This document shows positions 8,626 through 18,024 of a stretch of 32,545 bases of DNA, one piece after another. The stretch is from Clostridiaceae bacterium. GTDB taxonomy: Bacteria; Bacillota; Clostridia; Saccharofermentanales; DTU023. The stretch spans positions 1-32,545 of the forward strand of contig JAAYEX010000119.1 of NCBI GenBank assembly GCA_012728535.1, in the 5' to 3' direction. Under the pieces are notes generated by a model. The model was not told the origin of the DNA, searched no databases, and saw nothing but the letters and a program-made list of their open reading frames with translations. Every line of letters starts with the position of its first letter. The first letter of the stretch is position 1. The position numbers and the translations under genes are program-made.

Positions 8626-10008
8626 TTAGGGCGTATACGGTTTTAGTCTGGCTGTAAAATGCCGCAGAACTTTTGCCTGTTCGACCACTTCAAAACCCTG
8701 GAATTCTTCACTGCGTTTCATTACGTCAGCCAGCTTCTCAGCTACATAATCAAGATGTGACTGTGTATATGTCCGGCGGGGTATGCAAAAACGTGACAGT
8801 TCGAGAGCTGCTTCCAATTGCTCCCCAGTTTGCGGGTCCAAATCCAGGATAAAAGATCCGATATCACAGCCACGGATACCGCCTTCAAGATAAAGCGCTA
8901 CGCAGAGGGTATGGGCCGGGAAGTGATAATAGGGAATATGCGGCATTGCTTTTTTCGCATCAACAAAGATGGCATGGCCGCCAGTCGGATACTGAATCGG
9001 CACACCCAGTTCCAGGCAGCGGTCTCCCAGATACTGCGTCTGTCCGATATAGGAACGCAGGAAAATCTCATCAAGTCCTTCAGCCAGTCCCCCAGCCATG
9101 GCTCCCAGGTCTCTGCCGGTCAAGCCACCGTAGGTCAGGAAACCCTCGTAAGGGACAACTCGTGCTTTGATGCCTTTGATCAGATCGGCATCTTCTCTTA
9201 CGCCCACCAGGCCGCCCATATTGACTATGCCGTCTTTTTTAGCGGAAAAAGTGAAGGCGTCTCCTTCAGCAAACATGTCACGCACGATATCTTTAATCGG
9301 CCGGTCTTCCTGGCCTGTTTCACGTTCTTTGATGAAAAAGGCGTTCTCTGCATAACGGGCAGCATCTATGACCAGTGGAATTTTATGCTCGCGGGCAATA
9401 GCTCCCGTCTCCTGAAGATTGGCCAGGGAGACAGGCTGTCCTCCGGCTGAGTTGTTGGTAATGGTCATGACGATGCAGCCGATTTTTTCCGCACCATATT
9501 CAGCAATCAGTTCCCGGAGTCTGGCGATATCCATGTTGCCCTTAAAAGGAGCGTAGTTCTCTGTATCTGCTGCTTCAGGAGAGACGCAGTTGACAACTTT
9601 GGCACCGGTCAGGAGTACATGCCCCGATGTAGTATCGAAGTGAAAATTCGAGATAGAAATCATGCCTTCTTTCAGCAAGAGGGGGAAGAGCATATTCTCC
9701 GCAGCCCGCCCCTGGTGGACCGGCTGTATATACTGATAATTGAATATGTCATGCGCCACTTCCATCAACTGCTCGTAGCTGCGGGACCCGGCATAACTCT
9801 CATCTCCCATCATAACAGCCGCCCACTGCCGGTCGCTCATGGCATTGGTGCCGCTGTCAGTCAGCATGTCGATATAGACATCCGAAGAAGCCAGGCTGAA
9901 CATGTTGTAATCAGCCGTCTTGATTGCCTCTTCCCGTTCCTCGTAACTTGTCTGTCTGATTGCCTCAACCATCTTGATCCGGTATGGTTCCGGAATGTAC
10001 TTTGCCAT
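8626..10008 (-). CDS. Beta-eliminating lyase: tryptophanase / tyrosine phenol-lyase family (PLP)
   Basis: [46 protein letters not shown], PLP-lysine block [13 protein letters not shown], C-terminal [11 protein letters not shown]. Start moved to the ATG at 10008 (AGAGGGGA SD). Confidence 0.85.
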   Translation of the reverse strand: [460 protein letters not shown]

Positions 10009-10054
10009 ATTTTCCCCTCTTTTCATCTGTTTGATTTGTTTTTTTTGTGATTTT

Positions 10055-10987
10055 TTAAATATTTTCTTTTATAAAAGCTAAAATATCCAGATCAACTTCT
10101 TCATGGTTAGTCTCATTCAGTAATTCATGCCTGGCACCGGGATATTCCTTGACAGTTACATTTGTCATTCCCAGACTTTCATACTGGGTGGACAAGGCTC
10201 TGACCGCCTTTCCCATTTCGCCTACGGGATCATCACTGCCGCTTACTATCAGTATCGGCAGGTCGCGTCGCATCTGCTTAAGGTTGTCCTCGTCATAAAG
10301 AGTCAGTATGCCGTCAAACATGTCTCTATAAGCACGTGTCGTAAACATAAAGCTGGTGCGGGGCTCAATTACATATTGTTCACTGATAGCTGAATCCCGG
10401 CTCAGCCATTCAACACCGGTCTTGTCTTCCTCTTTGAAAGTCTTGTTGTTTACTCCCAGGACCATCTTCCTGATAAATGGGCTGCGATAACGGGAACCAC
10501 GGAATTTTCCCACAAGAGTAGCCAGGGAACGACCGGCACGCACAGCAGCTTTTGCCTGCATACCCGTACCCATAATAATGGCACCGGTTAAATCTTCATC
10601 GGGGAAACGGTAAAGGAACTGCCTCAGATAAAAGGAGCCCATGGAGTGGCCGAGAATAAAGTAAGGCAGGTCTGGATACAGGCCTCGGGTGTCTTTATAG
10701 ACTTTGTAAAGATCCTGCAGGACCAGTTCATTGCCGTTTTCTTCAGCGAAAAAACCCCAATCGTCAGTACTTTCAACTGAATCACCATGACCCAGGTGGT
10801 CATGGCCTACAACGAGGATTCCCGCTTCTGTCATGAAACGGGCAAAGCGGTCATAGCGTTCAATGTACTCCACCATTCCGTGGGAGATCTGCAGGACAGC
10901 CCACGGTTTTTCTTCAGGCAGCCAGCTCACTACATTGAGTTTGGTCTTACTGTCATTAGAAAGAATTTGCTTAACTTCACTTTTCAT
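10055..10987 (-). CDS. Alpha/beta hydrolase (lysophospholipase/monoacylglycerol lipase-like)
   Basis: Nucleophile elbow GHSMGS, HGxxE oxyanion region (SHGMVEY) and late Asp/His (GSDDPV ... ARHELL). Start moved to the ATG at 10987 (AAGAGGA SD, just after the dus stop). Confidence 0.75.
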   Translation of the reverse strand: MKSEVKQILSNDSKTKLNVVSWLPEEKPWAVLQISHGMVEYIERYDRFARFMTEAGILVVGHDHLGHGDSVESTDDWGFFAEENGNELVLQDLYKVYKDTRGLYPDLPYFILGHSMGSFYLRQFLYRFPDEDLTGAIIMGTGMQAKAAVRAGRSLATLVGKFRGSRYRSPFIRKMVLGVNNKTFKEEDKTGVEWLSRDSAISEQYVIEPRTSFMFTTRAYRDMFDGILTLYDEDNLKQMRRDLPILIVSGSDDPVGEMGKAVRALSTQYESLGMTNVTVKEYPGARHELLNETNHEEVDLDILAFIKENI

Positions 10988-10991
10988 ATTT

Positions 10992-12020
10992 TTATCCTCT
11001 TCTTTCCGCAACTTCAAGTAGAATATCTACGGCACTTTGGCGGTCCTCTGTTTGCATCAGCCGGTCACGGAAGTCCGCAGCATTGCGGACACCGCGCACA
11101 TAGTAGGCAAATTGTGATCGCATTTCACGGCAGGCCGCCTCTTGTCCCAGAAGTTCAATCATGCCGTCCAGGTGATTCAGAACTGCTTTGAGCCAGCGTT
11201 CACTGCTGATCTCCGGTGGTAGACCCTCGCTTTTCATACCCTCCCGTATTTGTTCAAAGACGAAAGGATTGCCCATGGCTGCTCGGCCTATCTGGTAGGC
11301 ATCAAGTCTGACCAGTTCCTGCAAGCGGCGAATATCCGCTGCGGTCTTGATATCGCCATTACCACAAAGAGGGAGACTGCACTCTTCGCGAACAGCAGCA
11401 AAGATCTCCCAATCAGCCTTTCCGCTGTAAAACTGGTCCCGGCTGCGGGCGTGTACAGTAATACCGGCAACGCCCTCGCTTTCCAGACGTCCTGCCAGAG
11501 AGGGAGCGTTAATCTCCCGTGCATCCCAACCGCTGCGCATCTTAACGGTAACTAATTTATTAAATTTCGCTGCAGCTTCCACTGCAGCCGCAGCTATGGC
11601 GCAGGCCAGATCGGGCTTAAGCATCAGGGCAGCTCCTGCTCCGGTCCCGCAGACCTTCTTAACCGGACATCCCATATTTATGTCGATCCAATCGGTCTGG
11701 CTGTAAACCGGATGGGCCAGCAAAATCTCTATAGCTGTCGAAAAATCTGCAGGATCATGGCCGAATAATTGAATAGCGTAAAGCCTTTCTCGAGGGTCCG
11801 GGAGAAGGTAGCGCGACACTTTCTCCATGTGTGGATTATATACAATTCCACGCGCACTAACCAGTTCGCTTATGGTGAATGTGGCCGACAACTCGCTGAC
11901 CAAACCCCGAAAGGGTGGCGTACTGGTTCCGGCCATCGGAGCCAGGCCCAGGATCAGCCCGTCTTCTGCTCTAAACATTGACATGAAATCACCGGGCTTG
12001 CTGTTCATCGCGGCCTCCAT
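10992..12020 (-). CDS. dus: tRNA-dihydrouridine synthase
   Basis: LAPMAGTS, IDINMGCPVKKV (catalytic Cys loop), VKMRSGWD, ITVHARSR, NGDI. The exact start among the N-terminal Met codons is uncertain. Confidence 0.85.
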   Translation of the reverse strand: MEAAMNSKPGDFMSMFRAEDGLILGLAPMAGTSTPPFRGLVSELSATFTISELVSARGIVYNPHMEKVSRYLLPDPRERLYAIQLFGHDPADFSTAIEILLAHPVYSQTDWIDINMGCPVKKVCGTGAGAALMLKPDLACAIAAAAVEAAAKFNKLVTVKMRSGWDAREINAPSLAGRLESEGVAGITVHARSRDQFYSGKADWEIFAAVREECSLPLCGNGDIKTAADIRRLQELVRLDAYQIGRAAMGNPFVFEQIREGMKSEGLPPEISSERWLKAVLNHLDGMIELLGQEAACREMRSQFAYYVRGVRNAADFRDRLMQTEDRQSAVDILLEVAERRG

Positions 12021-12047
12021 GGAAGGGATTGTCTTTTTTTTAAAAAA

Positions 12048-12779
12048 TTAATCGAGTAAATCAAGCAATTCACTGTAATGGTTAATTATATCCATTTGTG
12101 GCCGCATTTCATCAGTAATCTCAGCCGCTGCACGTTCATAAAAACAGGAATGACCGCTGTCATACCAGACCGGGTGCATACCGACCCCCAGGGCTCCACC
12201 GACATCACAGTGGATATCGTCACCGACATACCAGCATTCTTCAGCCCTGAGACCGCTTTTTTGCAAGGCTCTGAGGAAGATCCATTTCTCAGGTTTACGT
12301 AATACCGTTTCGCTGGAAGTCACGATAAATTCAAGCTTATGATCCAGATGATTATCAATACGCGCTTTCATCGATTCACTGCTGAAGGAAATATTGGAAA
12401 TAACAGCTGTACGGATGCCGCGCCGGTCCAGCTCTATCAGTGTCTCCGGGAGGCCCGGCAGGACTTCTGCGGGGCAGGCTGAAAACCAGTAGAGTTTTTC
12501 GCATTCAAGGATGGGCAGGTCACAGCTGAGGTCGAACATATCCAACAAAAAATTGAAGTAGGCTTCGAAGGAAACTTCTACTGAGTTGGTGAAGGCCCTT
12601 TTGCGTAAATCATCATAGAGCTCGTCGGATAGTTCCATCATTTTATCAATATCGACGTTTTCTTTGGGATGCAGGTGGGGTATAAAAGCTTCATAGGCGG
12701 CACGGAGGTCAAAGGTCTCCTCGTGCAGCAAAGTCTGTCCGTAATCAAAGAAAATCATACGCGGATTAATTCTTGCCAT
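12048..12779 (-). CDS. HAD-superfamily hydrolase, subfamily IA-like
   Basis: Motif I FFDYGQTL, motif II VISN, motif IV YVGDDIHCDVGGA. Start moved to the ATG at 12779 (AAAGGTG SD). Confidence 0.7.
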   Translation of the reverse strand: MARINPRMIFFDYGQTLLHEETFDLRAAYEAFIPHLHPKENVDIDKMMELSDELYDDLRKRAFTNSVEVSFEAYFNFLLDMFDLSCDLPILECEKLYWFSACPAEVLPGLPETLIELDRRGIRTAVISNISFSSESMKARIDNHLDHKLEFIVTSSETVLRKPEKWIFLRALQKSGLRAEECWYVGDDIHCDVGGALGVGMHPVWYDSGHSCFYERAAAEITDEMRPQMDIINHYSELLDLLD

Positions 12780-12985
12780 AAGTACACCTTTCTGATTATT
12801 AACACACAATTAGACACTTATCATATAAATTAACATGTTCAGCTGAAATTTGCTCTTAGAGTCGCAAATATTCACCTTTTCCCACTCCTCTGACGCTATA
12901 AAAAGACTCTTAGTGTATGATAAAATACATAAGTTCAAGAATTAACAATCATAGGGTCCTGACGGACGAAAGAGTGGATATACAG

Positions 12986-15088
12986 ATGAAAAGAACAAAG
13001 TACTGTGGTCATTTCTCTGAGGGAGATGTAGGAAAAAAGGCTTGCGCCTGTGGCTGGGTACAAAGCAAGCGCGATATGGGAGGCGTCATTTTTATCGATC
13101 TAGTCGATCGGGAAGGTGTATTACAGATTGTTTTCAATCCTGAAAATACGGATGCCGATACTTTCGCCCTGGCCGAACGCGTTAGGAATCAATCCGTCCT
13201 GGAAGTAAGCGGCAATTTACGTCTGCGCGATCCTGAGACTGTAAACCCTAAAATTACTACAGGCACAGTTGAGCTCAGAGTTGAGGAAGCCACCATTCTT
13301 TCTGCTGCGGAAACTTTACCTTTTGTGCCTGAAGAAGCCGGCAATGTCAGAGATGATCTCAGATTGCGCTATCGTTATCTGGACCTGCGCCGTAGTGAGC
13401 TGAAAGACAATCTGCGTCTGCGTCATCGTGCCGGTGTCCTGATTCATTCTTTTATGGCGGATAGGGGCTTTATCGAGGTTGAGACTCCGGTACTCGGTAA
13501 AAGCACTCCGGAAGGTGCACGTGATTTCCTCGTGCCCAGCCGTGTTCATCCCGGCAACTTTTTTGCACTGCCGCAGTCACCTCAGATCTACAAGCAATTA
13601 CTCATGGTCAGCGGCTTTGACCGCTATTACCAGATAGCCCGCTGCTTCCGCGACGAAGACCAGCGTGCCGACCGTCAGCTGGAATTCACCCAGCTCGACC
13701 TGGAAATGTCTTTTGTCGAAATGGATGACGTGCTGGAAATTCTGGAAGCACTGATGAAGCACCTGGCACGTGAACTTAAAGGCGTTGAAATCGAAGCTGC
13801 CTTCCCCCGCATGTCCTGGAAGGAAGCTATGGATAAGTACGGTTCCGACAAGCCGGACTTGCGCTTTGACTTGCCCATTATCGACATCAGCGACATCGCT
13901 GAGAAATCCGATTTTTCCATATTCCGCCAGGCTTTAAAGAGCGGTGGCGTGGTACGCGCCATCTGCGTCCCCGGCAAAGCTGATTTCCCGCGATCTGTTA
14001 TAGATGATCTGACCGATTTCGCCATTTCAGAAGGCGCCAAAGGCATGGCCTGGATAGCCTGGCGTGAAGATGGTGAGATATATTCCATCCTTGATAAATA
14101 TTTCACGGAAGATCTGATGCAGGAGTTATTGGAAGCTGTCGGGGCAAAGCCCGGCGACTTCATCCTCTTCTCTGCAGACCGGCTTGATATAGTGCGGCAT
14201 GTCAGCGGTGCTATCCGCCTGCACCTGGCAGACCTGCTTGACCTGCGCACACCTGGTGAACTTAACTTTTCCTTCGTTGTCGACTTTCCCATGTTTGAGT
14301 TCAGCGAAGAAGAGGGGCGTTATGTAGCCCAGCATCATCCTTTCACCATGCCGAAACTTGAAGACCTCCATTATCTGGAAACTGAACCTGAACGCATGGA
14401 ATCCCAGGCCTACGACCTGGTTCTGAACGGCACTGAACTGGGTTCAGGCAGCATCAGAATACACGACAGAGACATTCAGGCACGTGTATTCCGCCAACTC
14501 GGGCTTTCAGAGGAAGATATCCGGGACCGTTTCGGCTTCTTGCTTGATGCCTTCCGTTTCGGAACACCGCCGCACGGTGGATTTGCCCTGGGTCTGGACC
14601 GCCTGATCATGTTGCTGGCGAACGCGCCCTCCCTGCGCGAGGTAATCGCCTTTCCCAAGCTGAGCAACGCTTCTGACCCCCTCACTGATGCGCCTAGTAC
14701 GGTAGACCGGCAACAGCTGGACGAACTGCATATCGTTCTTGCAGCTGATGTGGTTGCCGGCAGCGAGATTTTCAGCGGCAAAAAGGATGCACCCGCAGCA
14801 AAGACCTTCAACCTGGAGCACTTGGAACAGCTGTCCAATATTATGCTGACTGAATCCGAACGGGTCGGTATGCAAACCGAGATTGAAACCCTGATCGATT
14901 TCGCAGATCAAATGGCAGACCTGGATACCAGGGCGGCAGAGCCTACCCGTTCTATGATTACGGAGCATGGGGTGTTTCAGGGAGAAGAGCGTGAGCCCTC
15001 TCTCAGCCAGGAAGATGCTCTGGCAAATGCCGCCGAGTCTGAAGACGGAGCCTTTGTAGTTCCGGCCGCAGTGGAACAGGAGCTATAA
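12986..15088 (+). CDS. aspS: Aspartate--tRNA ligase (bacterial type, GAD insertion) fused to a C-terminal GatC domain
   Basis: OB anticodon-binding domain (GWVQSKRDMGGVIFIDLVDREG). Class II motifs (FRDEDQRADRQLEFTQLD; GTELGSGSIRIH; GGFALGLDR). GAD insertion between them. The ORF continues without a stop through a GatC-like tail. Start set at the ATG at 12986 (MKRTKYCG). Confidence 0.9.
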   Translation: MKRTKYCGHFSEGDVGKKACACGWVQSKRDMGGVIFIDLVDREGVLQIVFNPENTDADTFALAERVRNQSVLEVSGNLRLRDPETVNPKITTGTVELRVEEATILSAAETLPFVPEEAGNVRDDLRLRYRYLDLRRSELKDNLRLRHRAGVLIHSFMADRGFIEVETPVLGKSTPEGARDFLVPSRVHPGNFFALPQSPQIYKQLLMVSGFDRYYQIARCFRDEDQRADRQLEFTQLDLEMSFVEMDDVLEILEALMKHLARELKGVEIEAAFPRMSWKEAMDKYGSDKPDLRFDLPIIDISDIAEKSDFSIFRQALKSGGVVRAICVPGKADFPRSVIDDLTDFAISEGAKGMAWIAWREDGEIYSILDKYFTEDLMQELLEAVGAKPGDFILFSADRLDIVRHVSGAIRLHLADLLDLRTPGELNFSFVVDFPMFEFSEEEGRYVAQHHPFTMPKLEDLHYLETEPERMESQAYDLVLNGTELGSGSIRIHDRDIQARVFRQLGLSEEDIRDRFGFLLDAFRFGTPPHGGFALGLDRLIMLLANAPSLREVIAFPKLSNASDPLTDAPSTVDRQQLDELHIVLAADVVAGSEIFSGKKDAPAAKTFNLEHLEQLSNIMLTESERVGMQTEIETLIDFADQMADLDTRAAEPTRSMITEHGVFQGEEREPSLSQEDALANAAESEDGAFVVPAAVEQEL
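14807..15085 (+). other. gatC: GatC-like domain (amidotransferase subunit C) encoded in frame as the last 93 codons of aspS
   Basis: FNLEHLEQLSNIMLTESE..LIDFADQMADLDTRAAEPT..GVFQGEEREPSLSQEDALANAAESEDGAFVVP aligns end to end with GatC (S. aureus ..EEVEHIANLARLQISPEE..ILDFAKQ..DTEGVEPT..NVLREDK..ALKNAKETEDGQFKVP, from memory). There is no separate gatC ORF before gatA. Confidence 0.8.
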
Positions 15089-16573
15089 ATGTTAAAAGAA
15101 AAAATGACAATCTATGAAATAGGCGCAGCTTTGCGCCGCAAAGACTTTTCTTCCCGCGAACTGACAGAATCAATTCTGGATAAATGCGCCAAGCAGGAAG
15201 ATCGGATCGGCGCTTACATCACTCTGACTGAAAAGGAAGCTCTGCAGCAAGCTGACCGGGTAGACAAGCTTCTGGCCGCGGGGGCTGAGCTGCCGCTGCT
15301 GGCAGGTATTCCGCTGGCAGTCAAGGACAATATCGCCGTTAGGGGTATTCCCCTGACAGCAGGTTCAAAAATGCTGGAAACTTTCCGTCCGCCATACAGC
15401 GCATTTGTCTGGGACGAACTTGTAAAAGCTCAGGCAGTCCTGGTCGGAAAAAGCAACATGGATGAATTCGGCATGGGTTTTTCCACAGAAAACTCATACT
15501 TTAAAACGACAAGAAACCCGCATGACCTGACCCGCATTCCCGGCGGCAGTACGGGTGGGTCCGCAGCAGCTGTGGCGAGCGGTGAAGCAATCTATGCTCT
15601 TGGTACTGATACCGGCGGTTCAATCCGCCAGCCTGCTGCACATTGTGGCGTCGTCGGTCTGCGCCCCAGCTATGGCCTTGTTTCTCGCCGTGGAGTCTCC
15701 GCACTGGCTTCTTCCATGGATACGGTCGGTCCTCTGACCAGAACCGTCCGCGACAACATGATTGTCCTTTCGGCGATCACAGCCCGGGATGCCAAAGACT
15801 GCTCTTCCAGCAGACATGTTTTCAAACTTGATGAAGATCTTTTAAAGCAAGACAGTTCAGAGACCAAGCCCCTGACCGGTATCAGCATAGGCTGGCCGGA
15901 GCAGTGTTTTGATATCGAGCTGGAGGAAGACGTCAGGCGGGGTCTTGAAGCCGCTTTGAAAGTTTTCGAATCACTGGGAGCGACAATCAAAAAGCTGCAA
16001 ATCAGCTCGCTGAATGCCGCCCTTTCCGCCTACTACATTCTAATGACCGCTGAAGCAGCTTCAAACCTGGGACGCTTTGATGGTGTCCATTACGGTTACC
16101 GCAGCCCCGGGGCTGAAAAGTTGGAAGACCTTTATATCAACTCCCGCTCCGAAGCTTTCGGCTATGAGGTTAAGCGTCGTATCCTGCTGGGCAACTTTGC
16201 ACTTTCTGAAGAATACTACGAGGACTATTTCGTAAAGGCGCAGAGGGTCCGCACGGTTGTCATCCGCGAGTTCACAGGACTGTTGGAAGACTGTGACCTG
16301 CTTTTCATGCCTGTGACCACTTCAACGGCAGGAAAAATCGGTTCAGCTCCGAAAAATCCGGTCGATCTGTACCGCGGCGACATCTTCACAACGCCGGTAT
16401 CAGTGGCCGGGCTGCCCGCACTGTCACTGCCCTGCGGCAAAGATTCACAGGGTCTGCCTATCGGCATGCAGCTGGTCGGCAGGCAATTCGATGAGGCTTT
16501 GCTCTATCGCGTCGGAGCTGCTTACGAAGACCGGCATAGCCCGGCTTTTGAACTGGCGGAGGTAAAAGCATGA
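15089..16573 (+). CDS. gatA: Asp-tRNA(Asn)/Glu-tRNA(Gln) amidotransferase subunit A
   Basis: Amidase signature AVKDNI ... [14 protein letters not shown] ... [12 protein letters not shown]. The ATG directly abuts the aspS TAA. The stop overlaps the gatB ATG (ATGA). Confidence 0.92.
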   Translation: MLKEKMTIYEIGAALRRKDFSSRELTESILDKCAKQEDRIGAYITLTEKEALQQADRVDKLLAAGAELPLLAGIPLAVKDNIAVRGIPLTAGSKMLETFRPPYSAFVWDELVKAQAVLVGKSNMDEFGMGFSTENSYFKTTRNPHDLTRIPGGSTGGSAAAVASGEAIYALGTDTGGSIRQPAAHCGVVGLRPSYGLVSRRGVSALASSMDTVGPLTRTVRDNMIVLSAITARDAKDCSSSRHVFKLDEDLLKQDSSETKPLTGISIGWPEQCFDIELEEDVRRGLEAALKVFESLGATIKKLQISSLNAALSAYYILMTAEAASNLGRFDGVHYGYRSPGAEKLEDLYINSRSEAFGYEVKRRILLGNFALSEEYYEDYFVKAQRVRTVVIREFTGLLEDCDLLFMPVTTSTAGKIGSAPKNPVDLYRGDIFTTPVSVAGLPALSLPCGKDSQGLPIGMQLVGRQFDEALLYRVGAAYEDRHSPAFELAEVKA

Positions 16574-18012
16574 GCATGAAAAACCACAAAAAGTACGAAG
16601 CTGTCATTGGCCTGGAAGTTCACGTAGAGCTCAAGACCAAATACAAAATTTTCTGTGACTGCGAGGTCACTTTCGGCGAAGAGCCCAATACTCATGTCTG
16701 CCCGGTCTGCCTGGCAATGCCCGGGACTCTTCCTGTTTTAAATCATGAGGTGGTTGAATTCGCAGTACGCGCCGGCCTGGTGACTCATTGCGAGATTTCG
16801 CATTCCTAACGCATCGACCGAAAAAACTATTTCTACCCTGACCTGGCCAAGGCCTACCAGCTGTCACAAGCTGATGAGCCGCTTTGCCTGAACGGCTATG
16901 TGGATGTAAGCACAGAAGATGGAAGATCCAGAATCCGTGTTAACCGCATACACATCGAGGAAGATGCCGGCAAACTGATTCACACCGACAAAGGCAGCTC
17001 GCTGGTTGATATGAACCGTGGCGGTGTGCCTCTGATTGAGATTGTTTCTGAGCCGGATATTCACTCGGCAGATGAAGCTGTCGCCTACCTGCGGAAATTG
17101 CGCTCTCTGGTTCGCTACACCGGCATTTCCGATGGCCGCATGAACGAAGGTTCCCTGCGCTGTGACGTCAACCTTTCTATCAGAGAAAGGGGCACAGAAC
17201 GATTGGGCACCCGGGTCGAGATGAAAAACATCAACTCTTTCAACTATGTCGCCAAGGCTATTGAAAGTGAGTTCGCCCGTCAGGTTTCCATCCTGGATGA
17301 AGGTGGAATAATCACCCAGGAAACGCGCCGCTATGATGAAAAGACTGATCAGACAACAGTCATGCGCAGCAAGGAAGATGCGGCGGACTATCGTTACTTC
17401 CCGGATCCTGATCTCTGTCGAGTCGAAGTAAGTGATGCAGAAATAGCAGAGATACGTGCCTCTATCCCTAAAATGGCTGAGGAGCGCAAAGAAGAGTATA
17501 TCGAAAGATTCTCTCTCAGTGATTATGAAGCCGAGCGCCTGACTGAAGACAAGGTTGTGGCGGATTTCTTTGAAACTGCAGCTAATGAGAGCCGCTATCC
17601 CAAAGTTCTGTCAAGTCTGATCATGACAGAACTGTCTCCTCTCTTTGATGATGAGGGAGACTCTGTGTTGCCGCTTGAAGCCCTCAGCCTGGCAAAACTT
17701 GCCGACCTCCTGGGTGATGAAAAAATCAACAGCAACACCGGAAAAAAAGTCCTGCGCCTGCTATTGGAAGATGACTTTGATCCGGAAGCTTACGTCAGAG
17801 AAGAAAATCTGTTGCAGATCACGGATCGCGAAGAGCTCCTGGAGATAGTGGAAAGTGCTCTTGCAGCTAACCGGAAGGCAGTTGAAGATTACCGCAAGGG
17901 TAAGGAAACTGCGATTAAAGCAATCATCGGACGTGTGATGAAAGAAACCTCCGGCCGCGCCTACCCGCTGCTGGTTGAAGAAATGATACTTGAAAAGATC
18001 AGTGAAAATTAA
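16570..18012 (+). pseudogene. gatB: Asp-tRNA(Asn)/Glu-tRNA(Gln) amidotransferase subunit B interrupted by one in-frame TAA (16807-16809)
   Basis: ORFs 16570..16809 and 16900..18012 share one frame. Reading through gives ..[26 protein letters not shown].., the canonical GatB block. The rest is intact ([45 protein letters not shown], YqeY-like tail). It could instead be an assembly error or readthrough. Confidence 0.85.
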
Positions 18013-18024
18013 ATCTAAGTGAAA

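Noticed and set aside
12917-12985. ORF-track start codons taken at face value: aspS 12917, EEP 22112, ygeW 31000, lyase 10026, veg 20484, mnmA 21707, hydrolase 11017, HAD 12809 and HAD 4997.
   Set aside because: In each case a downstream start has a proper SD at 5-8 nt and gives an N-terminus matching homologues. The upstream extension at 22112 also overlaps the divergent promoter at 22090-22118.
14690-14810. Independent internal initiation of GatC from within the aspS 3' region.
   Set aside because: There is no ATG and no SD in the linker, only an SD-less in-frame GTG (VVAG). The fusion reading is therefore preferred, but this remains the main alternative and is listed under the checks for that finding.
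16807-16809. TAA reassigned as a sense codon (alternative genetic code) to explain the gatB interruption.
   Set aside because: murT, gatD-like, aspS::gatC, gatB itself and the PPIase gene all end in TAA at positions consistent with homologue C-termini. No other gene in the window is broken by TAA.
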